64,000 bases of DNA. Source: Bigelowiella natans CCMP2755. Its lineage: Eukaryota > Protista > Cercozoa. A program made the position numbers and the translations under genes. The DNA lies in the NCBI GenBank assembly GCA_000320545.1, contig ADNK01002618.1, forward strand, positions 1-64,000, given 5' to 3'. Position 1 is the stretch's first letter. Every line of letters begins with the position of its first letter. Below the pieces are notes generated by a model. The model was not told the origin of the DNA and ran no database searches. It saw only the letters and a list, made by a program, of their open reading frames with translations. Shown here piece after piece: positions 1 through 16,668 of this stretch.

Positions 1-2929
<2,929 letters not shown>

Positions 2930-3595
2930 TTGATCATCGTTCGATCGTTGCACACTGTTCGATCATTTCCTCAGTTCATAAAATTTGGATGGGGGAAATC
3001 TGGATGGAGCTTATTGACCCTTGTTGAGTAGACAATTTTTCAATTGTGTGCGTCTCATAGGCGCCTTGCTAGCTTGCTCCACCCAGAAAGATGGTAGTTA
3101 TAATGCGTCTATGCATGTTTTAGTTGAGCACTCGTCCTTGTGTACACCGCAGTCGTTACATCTCTACGCTTGTCAAGCTCTAGAGTTCCTTCTTCAGAGA
3201 CAAAATTTTACTGCAAAAGAAACAAACTTGTTTACTTCGTGTTATTATATTGCCTGGTGACCCATGCGTGGAATGCGTCCATTGTATCCATGCTTTCGTT
3301 ACATTGAGATACGCATGCTGTCAGAGCCGTGTCATGAGCTCGCATAGAATTCATGATGAAGTTAATGATGCATACATTCGTCAGCTCTTCAGCGCAGCTA
3401 TCTTGCTAGCTTGCATAATTGCGCATGGATAAATGAGAAAAAAACATTCAATTTCATTTCATCTGCTTGTGTTTTGCGTTTGGCCATTGCACATTGGCGC
3501 CGCAGGTCAATGCAGCATTCACAATTAATGGGGCTATGAAAACCGCCGTTTTTCGCTCAATGTCAAAGCTGGCATCAACAGGAATGAACTGATTG

Positions 3596-6412
3596 CTAGA
3601 TCCAATCGCCCTGGGCAATCTTCTGTGGCAGATAAACCTGGGTGAGATATTGGAAGCCGAAGCTGGAGAGCGCCTGGATTTCCGCCTTTTCCTTGGTTCT
3701 GACCATGTGCTCAAGCTCCTTGAACCACTCCGGGTTCTTCTTGATGAAATCCTCTTTAAGCAGCTGCTTCCCTGTCTTTATGTCGTGCTCAGTCATGCTA
3801 AGGCGGCATTGCTCAGGAATTCCGTACTACATGCATAAAGGATTGGGATAGGCGGGGGGGGGGGGGGGAGAGAGGGGGCGGGCGAATCAATCATGATTGA
3901 AATGTCTTATATAGGTAGAGATAGCAAAGAACGAAGTACGTGAGGATGCATTCTACCCGCACATTACCACGTGGATATCCCCCCTCCCCCGTTTTATTCC
4001 TTCCTTACACCACGCACTTTACGCAATCACTTACCTTGTCAAGATCCGTCGGTCGGATGCCGAGCCACTTAATGTCAGGCGTGGTGAGGTGAGCGCTGTC
4101 GTACGACATGTTCTTCGAGCCAGACATGTACACGCTGAGGATTTTAAGCCCATACGGATCCGCATCGACCAAGCCCAACACCGGGATGTTTAACTCTGTT
4201 TTAATCTTCTTCAGGAAATGCCTTGTTGCGACGTCCGGCTGCCCCTTGGCCGTGATGATGATGCACGGGTATGTATTGTAGAAACGGTCCTCAGCCAGCC
4301 GCTGGAAAGCAGCGTCTTTTTCCACTGAGAGGTGGGGGCGGCGGGATTGGGGTATTTGGTGCAAAGGCAACAACAACAACAACAACATTACTTTATAAAT
4401 GCACAGAAATAATCCCTTTTGTGTAAAGAAGCGATATTCGGTCGGCAAATTCACCATAACAATGGCGATAATGGCACCCTCGACAGGGCTATAAAATCAT
4501 CCATTCTTCTTCTTCTTCTTCTTCTTCTTCTTCTTCTTCTGTATTTTTGTGATAAAGGCCTCGGGAGATATGCAAGCCATGAAGGGGAAAGACGTCATCA
4601 CTGCTGTCCTCTCCTTGACATTATCTTTCAAAACCGAAAGATGTAAAAGTCTTTCATTTGTTAGGGGAGAAAGAAGGGGGGAGGCAACCGAGAAGAATGA
4701 ACTTCGCATCGCTCCGGATGTTGGTTATGCGATCCGTATGTGGGGGTATTCCTTTTCCTATCATCAAGATGACGATTTATTTAGTTGTTTATGACGACGA
4801 CGAAATATAGAAGAATAAGTAGTATAGCGTGGCGTGTCCATACGTGTGGGTTTTTACCATTGGCATGGTAAAATGACGAATTCACATTTTCGCCTCATCT
4901 CTTCTTTGCATGCGACAATGCTTACACGACGAATAAATCGTGCTCTTCTGTTTGTATTCGATCTTCCATTACCTCCAATCCCCATTTTTGTGCAGTCAAT
5001 CTCGTCTCCAGCTTCATCAAATATGATCCTGCCAACTACAATTCCTTTCTCGGAAGCTACTACCTATGTACGCGCAGGGAAGAGTGAGGGGGCAGAAGGA
5101 CAGGGAAGACAATGGAAATTTTGGCCCAAAAATTGCAGAAGTATGTCATCGTAATATGAGAGAGTGCTTGCGGTACCCTTAAACTGCTTCTTGTACATCC
5201 AACCATGCAGGCGACATCGTCGAGTACGTCGTCTGTATTATCCTGTGGGAGAAGGGGGGGGGGGTACGTAGTGTTTGTAAGAAGGTAACATTTGCCTTTC
5301 AAGCAAGGATTTGAACAAGTAGGTGTCGTGTCGTTGCTTAAGATGTGGAAGCTTGATGCTATTCGCCGATGATGCGCCTCATATATGTACCACTGCAATA
5401 ATATTATAAGGGGGGGGGGTGAGGGGAGGGGCGGAAGATGACCTGTTTCTCAAAGAGCTTGACGTCCGTATAGAAAAGATCACGCTTTGTCGTGTGGATT
5501 TGCCTCACGCACAGCTCGTACACCAGCTGCAGCACCTTGGTCGTTATGGCTACTTTCTTCGAGTTTGAAACGCTGGTGAAACAGATTATGGTGATGATTA
5601 TTATTACTACTACTATGGCGAAAACGAGAAGGGGGGGCTAAAGAAGGAAGAGTAGTGCCGAGACAGAGAGGGAGGGAGATAGAGAGAACAGGAGGGGGAG
5701 GAAGGGGGGTACAGGGCAAAGGAAAGAAAGCTGATACGTTGCAAATTCTCGTGTAATCATCTTGTCCTTGAGAACGATACGATCGAGCTCCGGTACATAC
5801 AGTTGGTTGCTAGAGGATCTTGTTGGCATCGTGAAACTGAAGCCCTTTCCTTCTAATATATTATTCACAGTCTCCAGGATGACCTTCTCGATGTGGCCCT
5901 GGAGCATACTAAGATACACGTTTATGTATTCAGGCAAAAGTTCATCGCTAAATTACCCCTCTTTGGCGTCATTTCCCCATATTTAACTTCATTTATTTAT
6001 TTAATATTAGCGTCAGCCACTTCAGGAAAGATGGGGGCCCTCAAGCATAAAGAATAAATGTAACAAACGTAATCTTAAAAGTCTTAAGTCATCACCCAGG
6101 GGGCATCTCATCGACTTCTTTGCAAACATTGGGTATGTTGAGCTCCTTCAAGGTCAGCCGTTTGCCTTTGTTCCCCCCCTTCCTCATTTCCTCGCCGAGT
6201 CGAATCACTTTCAGCAGCATCGTTTTTGGGTCAATCTTTATCTTTTTGGCCTTTATAGGCGTCTGTAAATGATGCACGTAAGTGACGAATTGTAAGCGCT
6301 ATTCCATCTCGAGCAGTATCCGAGATCTTTAAATTACCTTCTGAGCTTTCCGCTTTTTCGGCTTGGGGGCAGGCGCTCGCCGTTTGGCTGCCATTTTTAC
6401 TTTGGGGGGCAT
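3596..6412 (-). CDS. TOP6A: DNA topoisomerase VI subunit A (SPO11-3/TOP6A), multi-exon
   Basis: Catalytic-Tyr motif [19 protein letters not shown] (about 5445-5500). TOPRIM motifs [22 protein letters not shown] and [11 protein letters not shown]-terminus [30 protein letters not shown] is typical of SPO11-3/TOP6A. ATG at 6412 ([12 protein letters not shown]..., basic and NLS-like). Confidence 0.93.
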
Positions 6413-6744
6413 CTTCTAGACTAACCTAAAATGTGAAATCACCAAGATAGCGGAGTTCGAGAAGAAGGGGGGCCGCTCTTTCTGCGTTTGTGTCTGAGAT
6501 CTTCCGAATGGAGGAGGAGGAAAGTCGTTCCCGCCAAGCCGAGAATTAAACCTCGAAACCCAGGCGAATTCTTCCGTTTCCGAGCCGAACGACGTCCAAT
6601 TCCAACAAAATCGGAATGAAGCATTTGGTGCAATCTCTTTCTTCTACGACAAGGAACAATTCGTTGTCGCAGTGGCATAAATGGGGTCTATTTCCGTATA
6701 ATTATTCCAATCCTCTCGGAACCATTAAGGAATAAAAGCATGCC

Positions 6745-8745
6745 ATGCCCCTCTTGCAGGACGTGCTAAGCCACCATCCATTCCCGCTCTCTGCAACCGC
6801 GTTCGGGACTGCAGTGGTGGTGGGCGGAAGCATCCTTTACATTATAGGCAATTCGTTTTCTCTTTGATTATTACCGGTGACCATCATTGGCCACCCATCA
6901 CGCCTGCTGCTAATAATACACATACGCTTAGTCCGCTACGACACTCCGGCACTCATCTCGCTCAAAAGGGAATACAAATGTAGGATAAGGAACGCTTGGG
7001 CTCGGACTAGAAGGTTTAGAGCTACCGAAATAGGAGCTGCCTGCCCATCTTTCTTTCCTAAAGACATATTATAATAAGATCTGTTTACTTGCTTGTACGA
7101 AGGTGGGTGGCTGGGATTGACAGAATGCTAGGGAAGGGGAAAGGCCCAACGAGGCTTCTACCAGAAACAGAATGGGACCAAGCAGCAAGAGTGGCCGCAG
7201 CGGCGGCAGCAGTGGCAACGGTTGGAGGCAGCGAGTCACCCCTCCCTTCATGGAAGGATCTAGGTGGTACAAGCACATATCGGGTTGGGGGGGCTTCACA
7301 TAGTGCTTGATTGAAACGTGGCACACATCGCTCATCAGGATTATTTATAAATTGCAATGCGCTAATTCGTGAACAATGAGCCCACCTTTGCAGCCAACCA
7401 CTCACTTTGTCATCATCATCATCATCATCATCATCCTTACGCGTATCTTATGCCGGTCGGCGCCATCAGGATCGCTCCTGGTAGAATCAGGTACTAATCC
7501 GACGAGCGATGATGATAGCGATGTTGCTGCGACGGCGCCGTATCCGACAGCTTGGGCCAAGACAAGGCGGTTCCGAAGAAACAATACTATAACGCACCCG
7601 GGCAAGGCAAAACGGGAGCGCCCTCTTCTGCCTAAAGTGACGCTCTACAGAGACGCAGCCAGTATGAAGAATTGACATTAAAGAAGAAAAGATACATGTA
7701 TAGCTGCTACTCACCTTAGTTTCTAAAATACCATTCTATCCCTTGCCAAAATATACCCTATCATTCGTCCTCTCCCTCGCATCCCATTGAACACCTCCTT
7801 CACTGCGTGTACATGTCGATCTGTCGTGGCGTGTAGTTTGGTGTCCATTCTGCGAGATGGTATGGCTGGCACTCGAGGAAAAGAAAATACCGTATAAGGT
7901 ATCATCGTATGCGTAATGAGCAATATAGCGAATTCTAGGGGGGATACATCGCAAATACAAACACGGCATTCTTAACCATCCAAGCGCGCCAACATGGACG
8001 TTTCAAGTCACTTTCTCTTTGCTTTTGCGTGCTACATCATTAATCTCGATCAAGGTTGTCAAATCCTGCGGCCTCTACGCATATGGAGACATGCATATCG
8101 GCTATGCGGTAAAGGTGGGGAAGAGAACCTTAACAAGCTTCTCGATGTTGTGGAGGTGGTGAGGGTTGCTGTGCTATTGTTGCGGTATTTCCATGCAGGT
8201 GCCAGAAATGATAGTACCCGCCATTCAAATAGGGGGAGGTGAGCTAATAGTGTTTTCTAAATTAAATATATATTGATATGTTGCGCCGCGGAGCTGCCAC
8301 TTCATCAACGGCAAATAACCCCCCACAATAAGATGATTTACTATGCATCTTTGGGATCGGGAAAACAACGACATCATCAACCAAAGATAATATACTTTGA
8401 CACTAACCGAAACCGATGAACTGACTTCTTCCGTTTATGGCCGCTATTTTCATTACCTCATAGGTAATAATGATAGGTGCCTTTGCTTTCAACCCCCCCT
8501 CATTATTCTTGCAAAACAACACTACAGATGGATCTCCAATAGTCACCAACGCATACAGGATCGTTCTTGATTTGTTGGAGGTAATAGCATTGATAGGAGG
8601 AGGAGGAGGAGGAGGGAGAAAGAGTGTGAGACTGAGAGAGGGAGGCCACAGGGAGATAAGTACGTCATGTTGCGCAATTAAAATTATTTCATCGTAATCT
8701 TTCTTCTTCGAGTGAATCGGAGCTCCTCTCCCCCACCCCCCACCC

Positions 8746-8790
<45 letters not shown>

Positions 8791-8949
8791 TTGCACTCTT
8801 TCTCCCTCGCTCTCTCTTCCTTCATCAGAGCGAGGGTTTTCCGTCGTTGATGCCTACTCCAGGTAGGGGGGGGGGGGGGGGTAGTAGTAGCTACGGGCAG
8901 ATACGTTAGGATACTTAGAATAGAGTGTGCATCTGGCTTCAACGAGTGC

Positions 8950-8983
<34 letters not shown>

Positions 8984-9391
8984 TGTCATCATTATCATCG
9001 TTGCTATCGCCATCATCACCCGTGCAATTGTTCTCGCCTCTTGCTGGCTCCGGACGTATTCTCAGGAACAAAGCTACATAAGAGGGCGGTCAGCATGATC
9101 AGTGCGCACGTGGACGCTTCCAAGCTATTCTACAAGTAGTAGGAATAGTAGTACAGAGGAAAACATCGATCATCTCGCCGTACAGCCAACAGCACACGCA
9201 TCAGACAGTAGCAATACGTAGCGTATTATGGATGTGTCAAATGCGAGCATGTGCATGCACGGGGGGATTTATGCTTGTTGCGAACACGTTGGCACCGCAG
9301 ATTCACAGGGCTGCTCGCTGCTGGCAAAGGCTCTATCTCGGAGAGGTTGGTTGTTTCCCCGTCATTGCGCGGGAACGATACCAGAAATATA

Positions 9392-9425
<34 letters not shown>

Positions 9426-9528
9426 GTAGTGGTGATGGTGATGGTGATAGTAAGAATAATGAAGAGCGGGGTGCTTAAATCAGTGCCTACATAGACTATA
9501 CGTATGTCGAGCTAATGGGGTTGTATGT

Positions 9529-9572
<44 letters not shown>

Positions 9573-10746
9573 TGTGTGGTAGCATGCAATAATGACTACT
9601 ATCATCATACACATCATCATCATACACATCATCATCATACACATCATCATCATCATCATTATCACCATAAAATCATCAGTCTTCGGTGGTATCTCCAAGC
9701 CCTCCGCATTACGGAAGGGAAGCTCAACCTTAATATTGAGTATGTAGAGCAGTAGGAGGAGGAGGGGGCGAGGGGGGGGGAGAAAGGGGAGGAGACATAA
9801 TAGTAGTAGCTCGTTTTGAGGAAGGAAATCCTCACTCCTATTTCCGCTGATGGTTTTTTGTTGGAAAAGTCCTTCATTTGATGATGCGTCCTGCCGTCTA
9901 ATTGATACTCTGTTTCGAACCACACGCACGTGTTAATGCTGTCCTCGCTCACCCCCTCCCTACTACTTGCAGGGCGCTGGATGAGGCTTTTGAGGGCATC
10001 ACCGATCTCCTGCAAGACGATAAAAGTGTTGTTAGAACATCTTCGAATTGACATGTTATGCTTACGCAATGTGTGTACGGTTGTGTGTTGTTGTTGTTGA
10101 TGATGATGATGATGTTGTTTTCTGTCCATTCTATTATCCAGCGGGGCCATACTTCCTAGGGAGTATCTTCTCTCTGGTTGACATCATCTTTGCTCCATTG
10201 ATGGAACGAATGGTAGGTGCCTAGTCGTGGAAAGGGAGAGAGAGAGAGAGGGAGAGAGAATATGGCGTATCCATAAAACATGCACATACAGAAGGCGGAG
10301 TTGGTGAGGCCACATTGAGGGAGGGGTTCGGTGCACTTTTTCTGATGACGTTCTTTGAGCCATCACCTCATGACTTCATCAACAGAGATATAATGTCCCC
10401 CCTTCATCAGTATACACGCCATTTAACGATGATGATGATGATGATGAGCGGTTGCTGATAATGTCAGATTGCTATCGCTCATTATCTCGCACCGGATAAA
10501 TACGACGTGTATAATAGTCGCCATAATAGTGGTAACAATGATCATACAACACACACACAAACACGTATCATAGATATATACAAATATAAATATAAATATA
10601 CATTTATATTTATATAATATTCTTATTTGTGTTATAATTTCCAAAACTTCTCTTGTTGACTTCCTTGTTGTATTTGCAGAATTCAAGGAGATTCTTGCAT
10701 GGCATCAGGCAATGCTCGCACGTCCAACGTATATGCACTATACATA

Positions 10747-10790
<44 letters not shown>

Positions 10791-12516
10791 TGATACCTGG
10801 ATATGAGTAATTGGTATCTTAACTTTCCTCATTTTATTGACTATTCCATCTTCTCTTCCCCCCCCCTCCCCCCTCCCTATCTCCTCATTCTCATTCTCAT
10901 CCAGCTACATGCACATCGCCCAGGATATGGAAACCATTATACGGGTGTGCAGTAGGCCAACACAGATGATCGATGAAAAATGCTCTCATGTGCTACCATT
11001 CATTTCATTGTATATGTTGTCTGCTGCAACCTCATCACACACACACACACACACACACATCTCCCCGACTTCCTTAGATATTTAAGCTCCAAGCGGCGTT
11101 TGCGCTGGGAACTCACCGTATAGCGAATTTCCCAAGTATCGAGCACCATCTCTCGCCTAACAGCCGGCCAGATGTCAAGTTATTACTCCAGAAAGAAGGA
11201 AAGGCAGCAGCGTCTGCTAGCAAACTTACAGAGGAATTCCGGTAATAATGTGTACCTGTGCATGTGCATGTGCATGTGCGCGTGTGCGCGCGTGTCTGTA
11301 TGTAGACAGACAAAGCATAGAGCTACGTGTTGATTTGGATATGTGGTGGATTGGCTGTCTGAGAGATTATTATTCCCCCTTGTGTTAATGGTGCGTCACA
11401 CTAGCATCATCACCGTCATCATCATTATCATTATCGTAACCACAATGCTGCATTCTCAAGCCTTCGCTTGTTGTTCTTCTCTCGCCCCTCCTCCTCCTCC
11501 ACCACCTCCTCCTTCTCCGTGTACAATCCTAATAAGTCATGAGGCAGCTTCACGATTAGTCACGCAGCACGCGGCCATTTGCGCCTTCGCTATGCGTGGG
11601 AGAGGGGGGGACAAATCCGTAGGGTTCGCTGGACTGTTTTCGTTGTTCTTGCCCTCTGTTTTCTGCTCTTTCTCCTCCTCTCTTACCCCCTCTTCACTCG
11701 AGAAACGACTCTGGCCCGCCATTGATTTCTCCCTCAGGTATTGTCGTCGTCGTCGTTGTCGTCGTCTTTACTTTGGTAGCAAACCTTGACAGCAGAAGGA
11801 TGGCAGAAGACAAGAGAGTGGCAATGTGATGATGTTGGCTGCTTGTTTCTCTCACCGCCACCAACAGTGTGCATGATTCTTCATCATTCCCATCCTCATC
11901 GACGTCGCTGTTGGCCTTCGTCATTGTTGTCGTCGTTTCGAGAGAAGACCTTCTTTCACATGCTGCTTCTGAACTCTTGCATGGGTTTCGTTGTCCTCCC
12001 CCAACTACTGATGCTGCTGCTGCCTTCTTTCACTTTTCCCAGGCTCGTAACATATATGCTGCTGCTGCCGCTGGAGAAGGGGCCTCCTTCCAGCCGTTGT
12101 GAAGAAAAGGGAGGGGGGGAAGAGAAACGGGAGATTGGAAGAAAGCAGGCAGGTGTTAGTTACTCTGAAGCAGCAGCAGCAGCAGCAGCAGCCACTAATG
12201 CTTCAAAGTACTTCGAGGGATTGAATGATGATGACCTTGTTGAGGCACTCGCGGTTTCCCTACGCTTCCTGCACACAAGGGTACTTTGTCGTGATGAAGG
12301 AGAAGAGAAGCTGGGTCTTATCTTGTGAGGACAGGGAAAGAATGATGAAGCGGAACATATTACCCTCATCGTGACTGTTGCATTGTTTCTCCTCAGGTAT
12401 CCATCCCTCGCGATATGAGCATAGGAGCGGGCGCCCATTTCCGCCGTGCGCTGGCCTCTGTCATCGATCAAGTTGATGCAGCTGCTCTGTATGTAGCACC
12501 TCACAAACAGCATTGA
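6745..12516 (+). CDS. Glutathione S-transferase family protein (Cys-type, CPFC active site) with C-terminal extension; many short exons; possibly organelle-targeted
   Basis: Exons give PKVTLYRDAA|IWCPFCEMVWLALEEKKIPYK, VPAIQIGG|DGSPIVTNAYRIVLDLLE, GPYFLGSIFSLVDIIFAPLMERM, AWHQAMLARPT, HEAASRLVTQHAAICAFAMRG and a final exon VSIPRDMSIGAGAHFRRAL..KQH* (stop 12514-12516). The start codon is uncertain. Confidence 0.8.
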
Positions 12517-13094
12517 CCACCTAACGGATTATGATGAACGTACATACAGCAAGTTTCTGGCAGACATTGATGTTATCCCTCGAGATACACACCCGTTTTC
12601 ATCCCTCTCCCTACCTGACAGTGACGTTGTGCTTATGTGTGTTATTGATGACTCAGTTATGGTGGTAGCCCTTAGAAAGGGAAGCGATTGAGTGTCCTTG
12701 GGAGATCATTCATGATTGCATGATGATGGTTTACAATCTGTCGTTTGTCATTAGCGTGAGAACATGAACCCAACCATTGTGCTGTGCAGCCTGCGTGCTC
12801 TGCGCATGCGCGCACACGATCAGAGCACGCACATCTGTTGTCACACATGTCTGCACAATGCGATGTGCACACTGTGGGATGAATGCTGGCATGACAGATT
12901 CAAATTTGACAACGTGTGTGAGAAAGATGATGAAGGGCCATGTCAACACCCACGTGACAACTGACACACATCATAGACATGTAATATCATCATACACGTG
13001 CGTGTCATGCATGTCATGTGTGCTGTCTAGCTCTAGAGCTGTCTAGCTGTGTCTGTAGTCGTGCGCTGCACTTGTGCAGGTCTAGAGATAGAGA

Positions 13095-14060
13095 GGTGAA
13101 TTGAAGAGTGCTCATTCTCCACACCAGCGATTGAAGATCAACGATCACGCTAGCACGTGCACAGCACACTTCTGTGCTGAACTTGCATCGCAAGCAATCT
13201 GAGGGAGGGCACGCGCAACGATGTTTGACGAGAGCGCAGCAGGAGGATTCCGTGTGGGCATGCATGGTCTCCCACGCCAGCCTGCTGGACCCTCCGTTCG
13301 CAAAGAGTTGTTTCTAAAGTTTTGAAAGAATCCGAGAAAATTGGACAGCTTCGATCACGCCCAAGTCTAGAAGTGTTGATGCAAGCAAAAAGCACACTTC
13401 TGTCACACTTCAAACGAACGTGATGCGCGGCATCGACACAACTTCCAAAGTGTTGCCGTGCGAAACGCAGTGCCTCGAGCTGAAGTCACAGCTTCAACGA
13501 GGACTGGAAAAGGGGTGGGACAAACAGATGAACAGGTGAACGTGATGATTGACCACACTTCCACAGTGTCTGTTCGAAGCATTGCAACCGCTTCTCGCGC
13601 TAAATGGCTTCTAGAATGATGCCCATTTTGAGCGTTGACGCAGTGCGAAAATCCCCTGCATTTCAGGATTTCTCATCCATCTCCTCCTCACTGCAACAGT
13701 GTCAGCAGTGCTCAGCACGTGTCCCTCCATGGCAACGCTCAACAGCGTCGCTCCAGTTCTGGCCCACCCCCTTCCGAACTGCGGAAGTCTATGCACAAGC
13801 GCACACTGCTTCAGCAAGTTGACGGCAGACTCAAGTGTCATTTCGAGGAATGGGGCGAAGCGTCATTGTTCAGCAACACCTCCTCGGCGGTGGCACCAAC
13901 GCCAGCCAACGCGATCACTCGTTCCACGAGCACTACTTGCTTCTCCCCTGTTTGAACCCACAGACGCATTTGCTGTTTGGACGGCAGCCGCAGCGGCTGC
14001 TTCAGGGGGGCTTTGGCTCGGAAGAACGAAAGTCAATCATGACAAACAAATTCCACGACG
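13095..14060. other. TpA-depleted tract overlapping the 5' region of the DUF819 gene
   Basis: Only 7 TpA in about 965 bp by manual count, all preceded by C (3 CTAG, 2 CTAA, CTAT, CTAC). Confidence 0.8.
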
Positions 14061-14174
14061 ATACGACGACGACATCGACAATGACAATGGCCAACGACGA
14101 TAAGCATTTTCAAACTGAATTTGATGATGAATGCCAGTTTTTCGTTCATTAGATGATGTGAATACTACACACAT

Positions 14175-14244
<70 letters not shown>

Positions 14245-15255
14245 GCGATGAGAACAACAACAACAACAAACAGGTAGGGGCCCTCCTCTCCGGACCCGTC
14301 TGCGCCATGCTAATCTCCGCGCTGCTCACGAATTGCGGGGTGTTTCCAGGAGGGGGCGCCGCTCTCTCAGAGATGCAACGGTTGCTTGTTAAGGTCGCCA
14401 CACCCTTGTTGCTCATGAGTGCGGATGCTCGGAAGATATATCAAAAAACTGGATTATTACTCGTCGCCTTCGCACTAGGATCTATCGCCACTGCCGTCGG
14501 AGCAACGATCGGGTTTCTCATCCTCGCCCCAGCACTGAAAAGCTGGGGGGGGGAGGCGGTGTGGCAGACAGCAGCAGCTCTAAGCGCCAAGAACATCGGG
14601 GGGGGGCTCAACTACGTTGCTGTAGCAGACAGTCTCAAGATGGCACCGGCTTCCATGAGCACAGGCCTCGCTATTGATAACGTTTGTGGGCTGATATACT
14701 TCCCTCTTTGCTCCTGGTTGGCCACCAAACTTACGCAGCCTCACCTTTCGCCCGAGCCTGCATCTTCTTCATCCCACCCTCCCCCAATCAAGCCCCACAA
14801 CGGTACCGTAGGTAATGGTCAAAAAGCAGCCGCCGCAGATATGTCCGTAGTGCCAGTTGCTGCTGCAGCTGTTAGCGACGGAGATGTAGAGAGGCAGTCA
14901 AGTCAGGAACGTTCAGTCGAGTCATTAAGTAGTGCTGTCGCTGTTGCGCTGGTCATTGCAGCAGTATCTGATAGGATAGGAGGGGCTTGCGGTGTGAGCG
15001 GGGTGGTTTTCTCAACGGCAATCGCACCCATTCTTGCCACTCTCTTCCCAAGGTAGAGGTAGTAGTACAGCAGGCAAAGAAGGGGTGGTAGCGCAAGGGA
15101 GAGGAGGAGGCGGGGGGGGGGGGAGGAAGAAAAAGAGTGATGAAGCTATGTGATTGTGTCGCTGTATGAGGCATGTGTAGCTGGGTGGATACGAAACATC
15201 AACCCGTGCAGTTTAGCAGGACATGTCGTACTATGTTGCTCACATGGTAGCCTAG

Positions 15256-15294
<39 letters not shown>

Positions 15295-15742
15295 TTACTC
15301 AACCGCCTTATTCCTCGTTTGATCTCCTCCCTCTCTCACTTTCCTCATCTTCAGAGCTATATCCCCCCTTGCCCCAAGTGGAGAGGCACTCGGGACGTTA
15401 ATGCTATTCCTCTTCTTCGGATCGGTGGGGATGGCGGCTGGCGATTGGGGCGCCATTGCGGGAGCGTGGCCTCTGCTAGGGTTCAACCTCATACTGTACG
15501 CCGTTCACATCCTCCTTCTCATCACCACTGGTAGGGTTTTGCCTAAGCTAGATGCCCGTCAGCTCTTGGTAGCATCGAACGCGAATATCGGTAACGCCGC
15601 GACCGCTTCGACCTTCGCCTCGGCAAGAGGGTGGAGGGAGCTGGCGGTGCCTGCACTCCTTGTTGGTACGCTAGGAAATGCCGTTGGGACCTTTGCAGGC
15701 TTGTGCCTTGGAAGAATCTTCCACTCCATATTGTTGTCCTGA
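13729..15742 (+). CDS. DUF819-family multi-pass membrane protein; exons about 13729-14031, 14274-15052, 15355-15742
   Basis: PTDAFAVWTAAAAAASGGLWLGRTK|VGALLSGPVCAMLISALLTNCGVFP, PLLLMSADARKI, KNIGGGLNYVAVA, DNVCGL, LLVASNANIGNAATA..A.ARGW..L.VPALLVGTLGNAVGT are DUF819 hallmarks. The N-terminal S/R-rich extension looks like a transit peptide. The true start may lie upstream. Confidence 0.85.
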
Positions 15743-16668
15743 CCATGATCGTGTAAAGGTATCGTTAGTATTGCGATCTCTGATACGATGTGCGTGCTGC
15801 GACGCATGGATGACATTGCTGAAGTAAACTGCTGCGTAGCTTAGCCGTCGCTTTGCACAGCTACATTAGGATAACAATTTGCAAATTGAAAAAATGTAAT
15901 GTTGTAATGTAGCAACCACTAATTGCAAACGTCGCACACTACATGTAGATCTGCAGGCTTGCATTGTTTGCATCGCACACCACGCACACGCACCACTCAA
16001 TGCCTCGAACACTGATTTGCATGCTCATCTAAGATTGCATTTGCGTTTGTTTCAGCAAGCGCAGTTGTGTAAACGTACGCTCGTGCTGAAATGCAGCAAC
16101 TAGTAGCAGCAGCACAGCGTTTATGCTATAGCATGGGCAGTCATGCACACATTGTGCATGCCTAGCTAGCATGCAATAAGATGGTCTAGATGGTGCCAAC
16201 ATCCAGCACGTGCAAGCTTTCTGCACACTGTGAATATGCTGTGTGGCCAGAGCGCAGCGTCTAGCATACGATGCGGCAAAGACGCCAGCCTTATGGATTA
16301 GAGCGAAGGAGGTAAAAGTTTTCACAACGAACACGCGCGCGTACACATGTGTGCACATGCCCATGTTGCATCTGTGTGCGCAATGCTATCATTGTGTGCG
16401 TCACACGACCTTCGAAATCGTGCTGCTGTTGCTGGATTTGCTTCGCTCGCCCGTGAAAGGTCGCAAGTGACACACTCATGCAAGACCATGACAAACAATC
16501 ACAAGACACACAACTATGTTCGACTTTTGCATGTGTTTGCGACAAATCGTTCCTCGATTTCTGTTTCTTTCATTGCTTTCAAATTCAAAATCAATTGCAT
16601 TCAATGTGATCATGAACATCATGCCCATGCATGCATGCATGCATGTGTGTGTGTGTGTGCTCATTTCA

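Noticed and set aside
2932-2945. 14-mer GATCATCGTTCGAT shared with 59459-59472
   Set aside because: A few 14-bp matches are expected by chance in 64 kb, especially in compositionally biased tracts, and the match does not extend.
3596-6412. Meiotic SPO11 as evidence of sex
   Set aside because: Sequence motifs match SPO11-3/TOP6A.
8403-9929. Long ORFs with poly-D/H/M/RE/CV runs (and many similar ones across 1-27 kb)
   Set aside because: These are translations of intronic microsatellites, mostly antisense to or out of frame with real exons.
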